This document shows positions 14,994-26,690 of a stretch of 64,000 nucleotides of DNA, piece by piece. The notes below the pieces were generated by a model. The model saw only the letters and a list, made by a program, of their open reading frames with translations, did not search any database and was not told where the DNA came from. The translations under genes were made by a program, and so were the position numbers. Numbering within the stretch: the first letter of the stretch is position 1; each line of letters opens with the position of its first letter. The DNA comes from Leucoraja erinacea (Eukaryota): assembly GCF_028641065.1 (NCBI RefSeq), contig NC_073380.1, forward strand, positions 104,656,001-104,720,000, in the 5' to 3' direction.

Positions 14994-15915
14994 CGAATAA
15001 AACACACTCCTTATTCTGATTATTGGCAAGAGGAATGCATGGCCAATGATCATCTGTGCTTTGGACAATAGAAAATAGGCAGAAAACCTGTGGTGTATTT
15101 TGCTTGTACCAATCATAATGACCAATGCATAAAGATTTCTTCCCTCTCTCCTCCCTACTTCCTTTCAATCTGTGTAATTTTTCAGGAAGTTAAAAGAATA
15201 GGATAATTAAGGGAAACGTGCAAAGGAAAATTCCATGTTTCATGAAATCAATATCAGTGCAGGAATCCTATGTTATTTATTAATGTAGTTTATGAAGCGA
15301 CGTTTTCAGAAAAATATGCAGTGAAGATGACAATTGACAGAATATTTAATTATGCATTCAAATTGATAATTGACAGATTATTTAAGAAAACGCAGAGATT
15401 AGGGTTGATGCCGTGACTGTAAAAGGAAATTAAAATGTTCCTATTCAATTTCTGATGAGAGGTCATCTCAACAATTTTGAGAATGGCACCAGTGAACTTT
15501 TCAAATGTTATTTTCCAAATGTTTCATAATGCTAAAGAATTGACTGCTTTGTTGGTTCTTTACTGAACTTTGATTTTATAAAAACTTTGTACGTGAATAG
15601 AAAGTTGTCTCATCAATTTGTGACGGCAGAATATTTTAGGTCTATCGGTTTTTGTACTGTCCATTGAAGATTCTGGTATCAGGCATATTGTACAATGGAA
15701 TTGTTATCTGTTTTGAGCATTTGGGAGATGCAGTAACAATGTGCTGCTGTCATCAAAATCACATGGCACCAAATAGATCCAGGAACATTTGTGCAAAAGA
15801 CTGTAATAAGCAATAATATAATTATTACCATGTAATAATGCAGTTTGCTTTTTTTTTAATCATTGCTATCCATTTCATATTCAGTTTTTGCTAACTTTTC
15901 AGTTAAGCCTGAATT

Positions 15916-16025
15916 ATGAAGAAGGGTCTCGACCCAAAACGTCATGCATTCCTTCTCTCCAGAGATGCTGCCTATCCCGCTGACTTACTCCAGTATTCTG
16001 TGTCTGTCTGCAGTTCCTTCCTACA
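15916..16025 (+). mobile_element. Penelope-type terminal repeat with degenerate minimal hammerhead ribozyme
   Basis: aTGAAGA-AGGGTCTCGACCC-aAAACGTC versus consensus CTGANGA-stem II-GAAACGTC. Confidence 0.65.
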
Positions 16026-16084
16026 CATGATACTTAAGCCCGTCTTTATTTATGGCATTGCTTATGCAAACTTTGGTTAGGGCA

Positions 16085-16520
16085 CAAAAGGACACCAAGT
16101 TCTGACAGCACCTCTGGAGAACATGAATAGGTGATGTTGAGGGTCAAGATCCTAATTCAGACTGATTATGGGGGAGGGGGGAGAGCTGAGAGAGAGCAGA
16201 GGTAGGACAAGGCATGGCAGCTATTGGGAGGATGCAGGCAACAGTGGGAAGGGGGGGGGGGAGTGGTGTTGAGGTGGGTGGGTGGGCGATAGGTGGCTGA
16301 AACAAAGGCCGGAGATTAACAGAGTAGGCGTGTGACAGAAACATTGGAGAGTTGCAAATTGTGGTCAGAGGAAGGAAGGTCGGAGGAGGGAGTGGGGAGA
16401 GGAGAAATAGGTGTGAGTTTATTTGTGGAATGAGGATGGAAGGGGGAAAGGGGTGTGGAGGAAAAAGAGGAGAGAAAGCAGGAATTGTTAGAATTCACCT
16501 AAAATTGGAGAATTCAATGC
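16085..16520 (-). mobile_element. Penelope-like element 3' fragment, inverted relative to the 15916 copy
   Basis: cagcacctctggagaacatgaataggtgatgttgagggtcaagatcctaattcagactg is the same module in reverse, followed by a purine-rich tract. Confidence 0.5.
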
Positions 16521-16553
16521 TTATAAGAACTTATGTGATTAGAACGTATTTGT

Positions 16554-16920
16554 GGGCAGCACAGTGGTGTAGCGGTAGAGTTGCTACCTTACAGCGCCAA
16601 AGACCCAGTGACTCATCCCGAGTATGACTGCTGTCTGTATGCAGTTTGTACATTCTCCCTGTAACCATGTGGGTTTTCTCCAGGTGCTCCAGTTTCCACC
16701 CACATTCCAAAGACATTGAAGTTTGCAGGTTAATTATCTTCTGTAAATTAGTCCTACTGTGTTGGATAGCATTAGTGTACGGGTGATTGTTGGTCAACGC
16801 AGACTCGGTGGGCTGAAGGGCCTGTTTCCATGCTGTATAACTAAACAAAACGAAACTAAACTAAATTAAACTAAACTAAACTAAACTAAACTAAACTAAA
16901 CTAAACTAAACTAAACTAAA
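16554..16920 (+). mobile_element. HE1-like tRNA-derived SINE with (CTAAA)n tail
   Basis: A-box-like gtggtgtagcggtag, V-domain-like gtttgtacattctccctg...tttccacccacattccaaagac, CR1-like 3' end, microsatellite 16840-16920. Confidence 0.8.
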
Positions 16921-16924
16921 TAAA

Positions 16925-17228
16925 GTTAGACAAACTTGGATTGTTTACTCTGCAGCGTCGGAAATTATGAGAGGATATATAGAGGGTACATAGTCAATAT
17001 ATTTTTTTGAGGTTGGAAATATTTTTTAAAAACTCGTGGGCAGAGTTTTATGATGAGTAGGGGAGAGTTTAAAGGAAATGTGCCAGGCCGATTTTTTTAC
17101 ACAGAGTGTGGTGGGTCTTTGGAACATGCTGTCAGAGGTGGTGATGCATCATGTGCAGGCAGATTATTTTAATATGAAATCTTGTTCAACATAGACATCA
17201 TTGGCCAAATACCTATTCCTGTGCAGCA
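16925..17228 (+). mobile_element. CR1 LINE 3' fragment
   Basis: gacaaacttggattgttt..., ttttttacacagagtgtggtgggt..ggaac: degenerate LGLFSL and FFTQRVV..W motifs. Confidence 0.65.
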
Positions 17229-17342
17229 CTTCCAGGGAGATGCTAAATGCATTTCGTTGTCTCTGTACTGTACACTGACAATGACAATTAAAATTGAATC
17301 TGAATCTTTGAATCTGAATCTGAATCACTGTTCTGTGGTCTA

Positions 17343-18869
17343 CAGTGCATTCAGAAATTATTCAGACCCCTTCACTTATTCCACATTTTGTCACGTTACA
17401 GCCTTATTTTAAAATTGATTAATTTAAAAAAAATTATCAATGCACACACAATACCCCAGAATGAAGAAGGGAAATCAGGTGTTTAGAAATATTTGCAAAG
17501 TAATTAAAAATAAATAACTGAAATATCACATTTACATAAGTATTCATACCCTTTAATATGACACTCAAAGTTGAGTTTAGGTTCATCCTGTTTCCATTGA
17601 TTATCCTTGAGATGTTTCTACAACTTGATTGGTCCATCAGTGGTAAATTCAATTGATATGATTTGGAAAGGCACACACCTTTCTCTATATAAGGTCCCAC
17701 AGTTGAGGTGCAAGTCAGAGCAAAAACCAAGCCATGAAGATGAAGGAATTGGCCGTAGACCTCCGAGACGGATTGTGTCGAGACACGGATCTGGGGAAGG
17801 GTATAAAGCATTTTTTGCAGCATTGCAGTTCCCAAAGAGCACAGTGGCTTCCGTCATTCTTAAAAGGAAGAACTTTGAAACCACCCATCTGGCAAAACTG
17901 AGCTTTCAGAGGAGAAGGACTTTGGTCAGGAAGGTGACCAAGAACCCATTGGTCACTCTAACAGAGCTCCAGAGTTCCTCTGTGGAGATGGGAGAACCTT
18001 CCAGAAGGACAACTATATCTGCAGCACTCCACCAATCTGGCCTTTATGGTAGCCACTACTCAGTAAAAGGCACATGACTGCCCTCTTGGAGTTTGCCCAA
18101 AGGCAAGAGAAAAAATATTCTTTCTGATGAAACCCAGATTGAAATCTTTGGCCTGAATGCCATGTGTCATGTCTGGAGGAAACCAGGCACCGCTCATCAC
18201 CTGGCCAATGCCATACCTACGGTGAAGCATGGTGGTGGCAGCATCATGCTGCGGGGATGTTTTTCAGCGGCAGGAATGGGGAGCCTAGTCAGGATTTTGA
18301 GGGAAAGATGAATAGAGCAAAGTCCAGAGAGATTCTTGATGGAAACCTGCTCCAGAGCATTCTGGACCTCAGGCAGGGACGGAGGTTCGCCTTTCAACAG
18401 GACAATGATCCTAAACACATAGCCAAGACAATGCAGCTGTGGCTTCATGACAAGTCTGTGAATGTCCTTGAGAGCCCGGACTTGAACATGATCGAACCTC
18501 TCTGGAGAAACCTGAAAATAACTGTGCATCGACGCTCCCCATCCAACCTGACAGAGCTTGTGCAGAGAAAAATGGGAGAAATTACCCAAATACAGGTGTG
18601 CCAAGCTTGTAGGCTGTAATCGCTGCCAAAGGTGCCTCAACAAAGTACTAAGTAAAGGGTCTGAATACTTATGTAAATGTGATATTTCAGTTATTTCTTT
18701 TTAATTACTTTGCAAAAATTTCTAAACACATATTTTTGCTTTTATATTATGGGGTATTGTGTGTAGATTGATGATAAAAAAAATGAATTTAATCCATTTT
18801 AGAATAAGGCTGTAATGTAAGGAAAATGTGGAAAAAGTGCAGGGGTCTGAATACTTTCTGAATGCACTG
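17343..18869 (+). mobile_element. Tc1/mariner DNA transposon, IR/DR type, both ends intact
   Basis: TA|CAGTGCATTCAGAAA...TTTCTGAATGCACTG|TA; ~210-bp ITRs, each with outer and inner direct repeats (TATTCAGACCC / TATTCATACCC). Confidence 0.95.
17734..18651 (+). pseudogene. Tc1 transposase pseudogene (DD34E family)
   Basis: RIVSRHGSGEGYK, TISAALHQSGLYG, SDETQIEIFG, VKHGGGSIM, QQDNDPKH, SPDLNMIEPLW; frameshifts and deletions (D-E spacing is 30 because WPSQ is missing). Confidence 0.92.
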
Positions 18870-19943
18870 TATGTTCTAACTCACACCAAACTTGTATCCT
18901 TCAGCATTATTTTAATATTTTTGCAACCCTAGAGAAACCTGTGCTCCAATGATACCTATTACTCTACTTCACCAATTCCCACAACCTTTGTTACTCAGCA
19001 ATAAACAATACATTAAATATAAACATAATGTAAAAGGAAGGTTAGAGGCCTGAAAATGAACAGTAGAATTGTATCTGCATTCCCTCGCTGAAATATACCT
19101 GGGCTTCAAACAAGCACCATGACTAATGTTGCTCTAAAATTAATATTTTAATATTAGTGTAGGCTTGGAGAAAACATTTAACATTTTTCAGCTGAAAGGA
19201 ATTATAGCGAACTATATGTGGAATCTACCTATCTTAATATTACTGCAGGTTTGAAATGCTTTGTTGCAGAGTGTGAACTGGTTGGTCAGCAGCAATTTGT
19301 TGTTGGGCTGTTAGAGTTATCTTTCTGCTTTATTGCACTGCAATGAGTGGGGCTGATTCTCACTTGCGCATATTCATTGTTTAAGGTCAGCATTGAAAGA
19401 GCTGTGGAATGGATCTCAGCATGCCGCATTCTCCTCCACTGTGCAACATTAGTAATGTTTTTTTCCGTGGGTCTTAATGACCCTTAAGTGATTTTAATAT
19501 GGATAATTTCATTAAATGATGTTTTATCAGTAAAATGTGGAGGAAAATTAACAACACAACAATGCATCATTAATGCACTTTTTCACACTTCTGAACCAAT
19601 TACATTTCTCATTATCTGACATGAATCAAGACAATTTCTGTAATCTGCTTGCAGCATGTGTAATGTTTAGCAGAAGGATATTGAAAGAAAACAGAGTAAA
19701 AACCTCTCAATGTCCCGCGGATAGTAAGAATTATTGGAGAAATGCTGCACTAACTGGGTAGTTAAATTCTGATCAGAAAGTAATCACATGCTCTGGAATT
19801 AAAACATGTAATTTACTGTTCCGAATAATTTGCATTGTTTATTCTCCTGGCACGGCACTTCAGCAATCAAGAGTGCACACATCAGGAACTTTGAAAACCC
19901 AACCGACAATTAAATACATTAAAGACCATTAACAGCATTGATG

Positions 19944-20071
19944 TTTGAAGAAGGGTCGTGACACGAAACGTTCCCTATTCATTCGCTCCATAGATGCTGC
20001 CTCACCCGCTGAGTTTCTCCAGCATTTTTGTCTACCTTTGAATTTTTCAGCCTCTGCAGTTCTTTCTTAAA
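19944..20071 (+). mobile_element. Penelope-type hammerhead module with 17-bp target duplication
   Basis: Flanked by exact CATTAACAGCATTGATG at 19927-19943 and 20072-20088; begins tTGAAGA-AGGGTCGTGACAC-GAAACGTT. Confidence 0.75.
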
Positions 20072-20116
20072 CATTAACAGCATTGATGCTCTGAGGAATC
20101 TTAGAGTCCAAGTTCA

Positions 20117-21420
20117 TCTATTTATCTATACTATTACTAAAACTCTCATCTTGACCACTGTTTGTGTTTTATTTTAGTTTGCGCAAAAATGCTAACGTAT
20201 ATTGCTAGGATTTTTTCGCGACCTTACTCACCGTTCTCCTCTGCCCCATGCACACCATGTTTTGTTCCGATCGGTGAAATAATAGAAATGTTATGAAGGT
20301 TTAAAAAATCGTGAGATCAGCAGATTGGTCTTCTCGCCTGTCAGTCAGCATGAAGGTAATGCTCCTTCCGGTACCCACGGAGAATAAATCCCCAGAGGCG
20401 GGGCTGAGACCGTGAGCAGCGTGCTGGCTGAGCTGTTAAGTTGAACCGGAAGCCTCTGAGTAAAGTCGGAGTGGAACCGGGAGCTACTGCTTGAGGCCGA
20501 AAGCTGAAGGTGCGGGGTGAGCAGAGTGCAAACTGCGTCTGCTGTGACCACCCCCTCTCCCCACACCCCCTTTCCCCCTTTCCCCACACCTCCCCATTCC
20601 CCCCACACCCTCCATCCCACACGCCCCCACCCTCCCCACAACCCCCCTTCCCCACACACCCCACTTCCCCTTCCCCCTTCCCCATATACCCCTTCCCACA
20701 TGCCTCCCTTCCCCACACTCTCCCTCCCTCATCTCACCTCCCCCCCCCTCACCCCCCACACCTCCCCCACACCTCCCTCACACCTCCCCCACACATGCAC
20801 ACCCCACACCCCCCCCCCCCCCCCCCCCCCCCCACACCCGCCACTGCCTACACCGACCCCCCCCCCCACACCATGCTCTTCCCTCTCCACCTCCACCTCC
20901 AGCCCCCTGCTCACACACACCCCCACATCCCTCTTCCCCTCCCACATGCGAAGAGGAAGGGGGGTGTGTGTGCTGGCAGATGAGGGGAAATGAGCTGCGC
21001 CTGCGCAATTAGGGCCTATGGGTGTGTTGTGGAATATTGCTTTGGGGAACGGGTTGCGTTGGGGGGACTAGGCCTCCCATGTGACTGGGACCTAACGGGT
21101 TCCACTTAGTCTAGTACATATTACTTAAACTCTCATCTTGACCACTTCCTGTCCGTGTTGTAATTAAATTTGCGCATAAACGATCCCCCACAGCGGTACG
21201 ATTTTTCACCAACTTGCTCACCATTCTCCTCTGCTGCAAGTCCAATGAGTTTTGTTCCGATTGGTGAAATAGTACAAATGCTATGAAGATTTTGAAGGTT
21301 CCCCCCCCCCCCCACACCCCCCCCCCCACAACCCCCACACCACCCCCCCCCCACACGCCCTCCCCCCCACACCCCCCACACACCCCCCACACCCTCCCCC
21401 CCACCCCCCACTTAGTCTGG
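20117..21420 (+). mobile_element. Non-autonomous Helitron, head-to-tail dimer
   Basis: Sits between A20116 and T21421 of a CR1 with no TSD; 5' TC; unit 1 ends with hairpin gggacc-taacg-ggttcc plus acttagtCTAG (21114); unit 2 repeats the 5' block and ends acttagtCTGG. Confidence 0.82.
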
Positions 21421-22221
21421 TAGCTTACTAAATGTGGCAGCATATGCAGATAATGTGGATAAAAAGGCATATGGTTTTCTTGCTCTCATTTTAAGGGCAT
21501 TAAATATACTGTAAGTCAGGAAGTCATGATGCAGGTCTATAGGACTTTGATTAGGCCTTATTTGGAGTGTTGCATGCAGTACTGGTTGCTCCTTTGTAGG
21601 AAAGATGTGGAGGCTTTGATGGGAGTACAAAGGAGATTTACCAGAACGTTGCCTGGATTAGAGGGCTCAAACCCAGGAGAGTTTGGATGGACTTTGGTTG
21701 CTTTCTCTTGAACATCAGACGTTGAGGAGAGAGTTGTTAGAAGTATATAACATTATAGATAGGGTAGACAGTCCAAACTTTTTTTTCAAAGGGTGGAAAG
21801 TGGTTGAAAACACCAGAGGGCATAGCTGTAAAGTGAGGGCAAAAGTTGAATGGAGATGTGGCAGGTAAATTACTTACACTGAGAATAGTGAAGGCCTGGA
21901 AAGCATTGCCAGGGATGATGGTAGAGGCAGATATATGACCGTGGCGTTTGAGAGGCTTTTAGATGGGCACATTAATGTGCAGGGAATAGAGGGATATGGA
22001 TCATGCACTGGCAAATTCGATCAACTTAACTAGGCATCATGTGCAGCACAAACATTGCGAGCTAAAGGGCCTGTTCGTGAACTGTACTATTCGATATATT
22101 AAATCACCCTATTATTTTTAAATATCTTACATATTATTCTAAATTGCTTCACATATTCCACTATTTCCAGCTTTTATTCAATTGAATCATAGAATTTAAA
22201 TTAGCAATATTTTATTTGACT

Positions 22222-22530
22222 TCATCTTCTGCTTAGGCAGTTCTCGTGGATTGAGAATGACTTGTTTCCATTCCGGTTTTCTGAGTTCTGAGATGGCTAA
22301 TGAGGCCAGTGTGGAAACTGTAGACTCTTCAATACTGGTGGAAGCTGGGTGGGTAGTCAGTAAGGTGATCCACTCCTTCCACTACTTTACACAGGGCCCT
22401 ATGTCAGACAGATCAAGGCCAGGAGCTGAACACCAGCCCACTTTGAATGGACTTGGGCTGGAGGTTTCCAAGAGCCAGTGGGGTCATTACACTTTGTCAA
22501 TGGAGCTTTGAGCACATCCTTGAATCTTAT
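22222..22530 (-). mobile_element. RTE LINE 3' fragment, degenerate
   Basis: ggcagttctcgtggattgagaatgac resembles the RTE 3' end at 27420-27450. Confidence 0.5.
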
Positions 22531-22869
22531 TTTTGAGATTTTTTTTTTTTTTAATTCAATTTCAATTTCATTTTTAATATGTTTTATTTTGTATTTATTT
22601 TTTGTGATTTTTTTTATGATACTGCCTGTAAGGGAAATTCATTTTGTTGTCTCAAATTGAGACAATGACAATAAATTTGAATACAATACAATACAATACA
22701 ATTATTCCCTGTCAACGCAGCAACCTCCTCTGACAATAGTGCCTGGGCATTTGCCGTTGAATATACAAGCAGTGTGGAATGCTTAAGCTAGAAACTGGCG
22801 TCTCAGTATTGAGAACGAGACAGCAAGATAATCATAGAATGAAGAATGCTGAAAGTGACCTGGGTAGAG

Positions 22870-23225
22870 TGTGTAGGAAATAACTGCAGATGGTAGTTTA
22901 AATCGAAAGTAGACACAAAATGCTGGAGTCACTCAGAGGGACAGGCAGCTTCTCTGGAGAGAAGGAATGGGTGACATTACAAAGTTTTTTTCCCCCCATA
23001 TTAGGTATATCAAAAACATGATCACATAGAGAGGAAACATGTTTACATTGAGAGGAAGGGGATTTAAAGGGGATCTTAGGGGTTAGTTTTACATGGAGTG
23101 GGGTTGATATCTGGGATGTACTGCCAGAGTCAATGGTGGAGCCAGATACTAAGGCAGAGAAGGAATGAGGTCCTAATGAGGGCAAATGGGATGTGTAGAA
23201 GGGCAAGTCTATGATCCTATGACTC
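22870..23225. mobile_element. Penelope module (minus) abutting a CR1 3' fragment (plus)
   Basis: actgcagatg...agacacaaaatgctggagtcactcag...ctggagagaaggaatgggtgac, then CR1-like sequence ending ctatgatcctatgactct. Confidence 0.55.
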
Positions 23226-24356
23226 TGGCAGGAAACTAATGTAAAGGGAAATATGTTTTGACTGGTATTTTCCAGTTGGATATGGGCTGTTCAGATCCCT
23301 AATGCTTATATAAAATTCCAGAAAGCAGAAACATCACTAATGTCAATTTTCTCAAATCTGCTAGAAGCATTCAGAACTTGTACAAGGACATTTTTTAACA
23401 GTCAGCTTACTAGCAAACAAAAATGCAGTTATTTTATATCCTGTACCATATTTTATATTTAGATCTTGTGCTACAGACTGACACATGTAAATAGCTGAAA
23501 AACAAGTTAAATATTGTAACCACCTCACTATTTCTTATGTGGATAGATTGCATGTCTGATCCTTCATGGGTTGGCATCAGGATTTGAACTCCCTTCACTC
23601 CATATAGTTTGGTGAGAGAATGGGAAAATTTAAAGTGAATCCATCAGTCTGAGGTTTCTCATGTACCAATCCCTACTTCCACTGATTTTCAAGGCTCATG
23701 GGCAGATGGGAAGATCACTTCAATTCAATATTCATGGACTAATTGGCAGTGTGGCATAATTTTAATTGGACATTAGTGGCTTTGTTTCCATCTACATTGG
23801 AGCATGGCCATTAATAAAGACACGATGTTTGCACACATACACACACTGTATGAGCCACTAACTTAGAAAAAACTACATAACACCCCTGCTCCTGTTTAAA
23901 ATCAGGAGACTTCTTCAATATATATGGAAGGCACAATTATATGATTTTGTGCATACGACTATATCAGGCTGCAGCTTAACTAGTCTGTGGGACAGCTCTT
24001 TAGACCATGTCCACAGCTGTTTGTGAAATGGATCCGGGGCAGGGAATAACTTTAATCAATTTCATTGTCTTGGTCAATGTCCAGTTTATCCAGTTTTATT
24101 CTATTTGAGAATATGAGTGGTATTAGTGTAAATAAGTGCATTGTTAAGCCATTTCCGAGTCTTTCACACCAGTGGGAATATTTGCCTTCAGTGCAAGTGG
24201 GATAAGCATAGTGGATTTTCTCCTCTGGAGTTCATTTGTGAATTGACAAAGTGTCTTTTTCATGATAGTCATTATAGATCACTTGCTCCAGATTATTAAA
24301 TTCCTTTGCTGCCAAGGTGGGGTTTGGGGTTTGAGTCCAGGCCTCTGGATTACTTA

Positions 24357-24861
24357 AGGGCCTGTCCCACCAGCATGCGACTGCATGCGGCGAGCACGAA
24401 CTAACGTGATCGCTTGAGCCATACAGCCTCGCGGGGCCAGTCCCACTTCAATCGCCGGAGGTGTATGGAGTTGTGCGGAGCTGGCCCGGACATCGCGCGG
24501 GGCTCCGAAAAACTGACACTGTCCAAAAATCCCGGCAACGACCTGCCGGCCTGGAGCCGCATTGAGGCCTTTACGCCGTGCCTCGACAGGCGTACGCAGC
24601 GTCTTGACGGTGTACGCCTAGCACGTGGCATTGCGCGATGATGTCACCGCCCGGTGTGCCGTTGCGTGATGACGTAACCGCCCAATGCCGTGCGACGTCC
24701 AAATTCAGTCGGCCCGCCTCCTGCCCAGCTGATTGGTGAGTATGATGTCGGGACCAGCTTCAGATGGCTCCGCAGTTGGAAGTGGGACCGGACCCACGAG
24801 GCCGTACGCCTCAAGCCACCACGTTTGGTCGCGCTCGCCGCATGCTGGTGGGACAGGCCCT
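24357..24861. mobile_element. GC/CpG-rich MITE, PIF/Harbinger-type (TTA TSD)
   Basis: TTA|AGGGCCTGTCCCACCAGCATGC...GCATGCTGGTGGGACAGGCCCT|TTA; perfect 23-bp TIR with extended imperfect arms. Confidence 0.88.
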
Positions 24862-26378
24862 TTACAAGACAACACAGTCAGGCAGTGAAACTGAGAACCT
24901 CATGTCCAATTAAACTTCTGGTATCAGCAATGGAACTGATATAAAAACATATGTGATTTCATGTTTTCTCTTTTGTATAATGGTTATACTACAAAACATT
25001 AACATGCTTTCATTGTGCTTGGTTTTGCTGGCAGTTTCGTGTGGAATTCTTGGCATGAACCAATATAGAATCCCATAGCAAAACACAGCCATAAAATTGT
25101 CAGAATCTAGAGTTTACTTCAGTTCCACCAGTACTTATACTGAGTTATTGGATCATGCAGTGGGATAGACCTGGCAAACCCATTATTTGGGGAACAATTG
25201 TGCATTGCAAAGGACAATGGGAAATAATTTTTTGTTTGTTTTTTGTCCTTCTTTATATGTTTTCACTTCATTAAATAATTTTGGTTTCTATTTTTATTAA
25301 ATTAGCAATTTAATTTTAGCCAATATTTTTGAGTCAGGAATATTTAATAAGGCACATCAGCTTTGACAGGTGGCAAAGCTGGAAGCATGACTTTGCCATC
25401 TGTCAAATATTTGTGGGTGCTACTCATCTGATCTGTCTGTGTCCCTGTAATTCTGATATGAGAGGCCTATTTGGACATTGAATCGCACGGCTTAGCTGCC
25501 AGGCTTTGCTGGCCAGCAAGATTATCCATACTACTGCATAGTCTGCTGAATGGGTCTCACTCCCCACACTCACTGCTTCCTACGTCCAGAACGTAGAAGG
25601 TCAAGTTCCTTATGGATGATCTCACTGGCCAACACAGCCAAGCAACTAAAAAGTGAGGCTGCATGTCCAATTCAGCTCTGGTAGAATTGTAGACACAGAT
25701 AGTTCAGAAAAGCATCACCGACAAATACATTGGCAGATTGCAAAACCATACTTCCAGCTTTGCCTTTTGTCCAAGCTGTTGTGTGTTTGTTGTCATTCCT
25801 GTAATTCAAAGATTTTTTAGAAGTTACTAAAAATGAAATGGCTAATTAAAAAAATAAATAAGTGAAACCAAAACCACTTTGTACATATTTAAATGAATAA
25901 AAATACTAAATACATCACAATTCACCATTCTCCCTTGCGATGAATAATCATGTTCTGAATGCGTCGGGTTTGCAATGTCTATCCCAGTGCTTAATACGCT
26001 TTCCATATTTATATACAAATTTTGAAAACTGCAGTGATATCTTGTTCTTTATTAATTGTGCAATTTTGCTCGTCTCCAATGTTTGACCTCCTTATTTTTT
26101 CCACATGCTTAGCTCTGTTCCTTAATCATCAGACGATGGTCACTCAATGAATATCCATCTGTGATCGTGAATATTGCCGCAAACACTGTGGCTCTATCAT
26201 TTAAAGTTACATTGCTATGCCGTCAAAAGAGAGAGCAGAATATGAAAGAGGAGCCAAATTGGAAGACGTGACACAAAAAAAAAACTCCTTCTCGAATCTT
26301 ACTAGCACTTAACTCTGTTCCTTATCTTACTTATCTGAATCTTACTAGCACTTAACTCTGTTCCTTGTCCTGTTCCTC

Positions 26379-26690
26379 CAGGACAAGGGGTCACAGCTTT
26401 AGGATAAAGGGGAAATCCTTTAAAACCGAGGTGAGAAGAACTTTTTTCACACAGAGAGTGGGGAATCTCTGGAACTCTCTGCCACAGAGGGTAGTTGAGG
26501 CCAGTTCATTGGCTATATTTAAGAGGGAGTTAGATGTGGCCCTTGTGGCTAAGGGGATCAGGGGGTATGGAGAGAAGGCAGGTACGGGATACTGAGTTGG
26601 AAGATCAGCCATGATCATATTGAATGGCGGTGCAGGCTCGAAGGGCCGAATGGCCTACTCCTGCACCTAATTTCTATGTTTCTATGTTTC
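26379..26690 (+). mobile_element. Young CR1 LINE 3' end
   Basis: RTRGHSFRIKGKSFKTEVRRTFFTQRVGNLWNSLP; (TTTCTATG)n tail; TSD TAACTCT (26353-26359 and 26691-26697); near-identical to 52968-53505. Confidence 0.92.

Larger units (their letters stand above)
19910..22095 (+). mobile_element. CR1 LINE 3' region interrupted by a Penelope module and a Helitron
   Basis: YRTLIRPYLECCMQYW, VQRRFTR; sequence is continuous across the inserts (gagtccaagttca|tagcttactaaa). Confidence 0.8.

Noticed and set aside
15452-15470. CTGATGA box resembling a hammerhead core
   Set aside because: No stem II or GAAA follows.
20341-21470. Pro/His-rich and Gly-rich ORFs
   Set aside because: Translations of low-complexity C-rich tracts inside the Helitron.
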